From NCBI GenBank assembly GCA_963977445.1, contig CAXBPH010000076.1, positions 1 to 27,563 of the forward strand: a stretch of DNA of 27,563 bases, written 5' to 3'. Positions 27,332 to 27,563 of this stretch are shown here, piece after piece (within the stretch, counting starts at the first letter, position 1; every line of letters starts with the position of its first letter). The notes under the pieces were generated by a model, which saw only the letters and a program-made list of their open reading frames with translations, ran no database searches and was not told the origin of the DNA. Origin of the DNA: an uncultured bacterium (GTDB taxonomy: Bacteria; Hydrogenedentota; Hydrogenedentia; Hydrogenedentales; JAEUWI01). Both the position numbers and the translations under genes were made by a program.

Positions 27332-27445
27332 GGGAGTGACTCCTCGCTAGTTTGTTGACAAAAACGTGTTAATTAGCACTAAAGATCTTGAGTCGCTTGC
27401 CGATATATAGGGTAGAAATAGCTACTGGACAAGGAGGTCCTCACT

Positions 27446-27563
27446 ATGACGGTTCAATGCTGCGTATGCAAAAAGGTCAAAGTCAACGAGTCATGGATGA
27501 CTACTGCGGGCAATCGCCTCAGGGAAGTAAGCCATACCTACTGCCCGGTTTGCCTGGGTGCCA
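27446..27563 (+). CDS. Small Cys-rich putative zinc-binding protein, 3'-truncated by the window edge; not in the ORF track
   Basis: AAGGAGG SD at 27431-27437. Manual translation: MTVQCCVCKKVKVNESWMTTAGNRLREVSHTYCPVCLGA... (CxxC...SHxxCPxC). Confidence 0.8.
   Translation, partial: MTVQCCVCKKVKVNESWMTTAGNRLREVSHTYCPVCLGA

Noticed and set aside
1..27563. CRISPR arrays, tRNA/rRNA, IS elements, prophage or defence systems
   Set aside because: I saw no spaced direct repeats, cloverleafs, transposase, integrase or phage motifs. The PIN and MazG genes sit in housekeeping contexts without antitoxin or defence partners.

Overview
A mostly housekeeping stretch of a bacterial chromosome, moderately GC-rich and probably diderm (ExbD is present). 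I see no rRNA, tRNA, CRISPR array, transposase or phage gene. In order, it encodes: the 3' end of an S8 subtilase; a yacL(PIN/TRAM)-ispD-ispF operon; an accA-DUF167-purine nucleoside phosphorylase cluster; an EEP phosphatase; an FMN reductase; a lipoprotein; a GAF-GGDEF cyclase; a 1218-aa multi-PAS hybrid kinase; TauD-like and aldo/keto reductase genes; a stand-alone PurH N-terminal domain before purD; a degenerate REC-GGDEF protein; an orphan exbD; a membrane TPR protein; a GH4-purC-purF run; a secreted GH-like protein; a DapA-family aldolase; and a single-domain MazG. The most interesting signals are not in the ORF track. (1) A complete transcription unit (sigma70 promoter, perfect SD, terminator) encodes a 45-aa, very acidic, LIM-like zinc-finger microprotein at 5539-5676. 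(2) A second Cys-rich microprotein starts at 27446. (3) A densely base-paired leader lies upstream of GH4-purC-purF. (4) The PurH half-enzyme has an altered active site. All calls come from reading motifs by eye; no database search was run.
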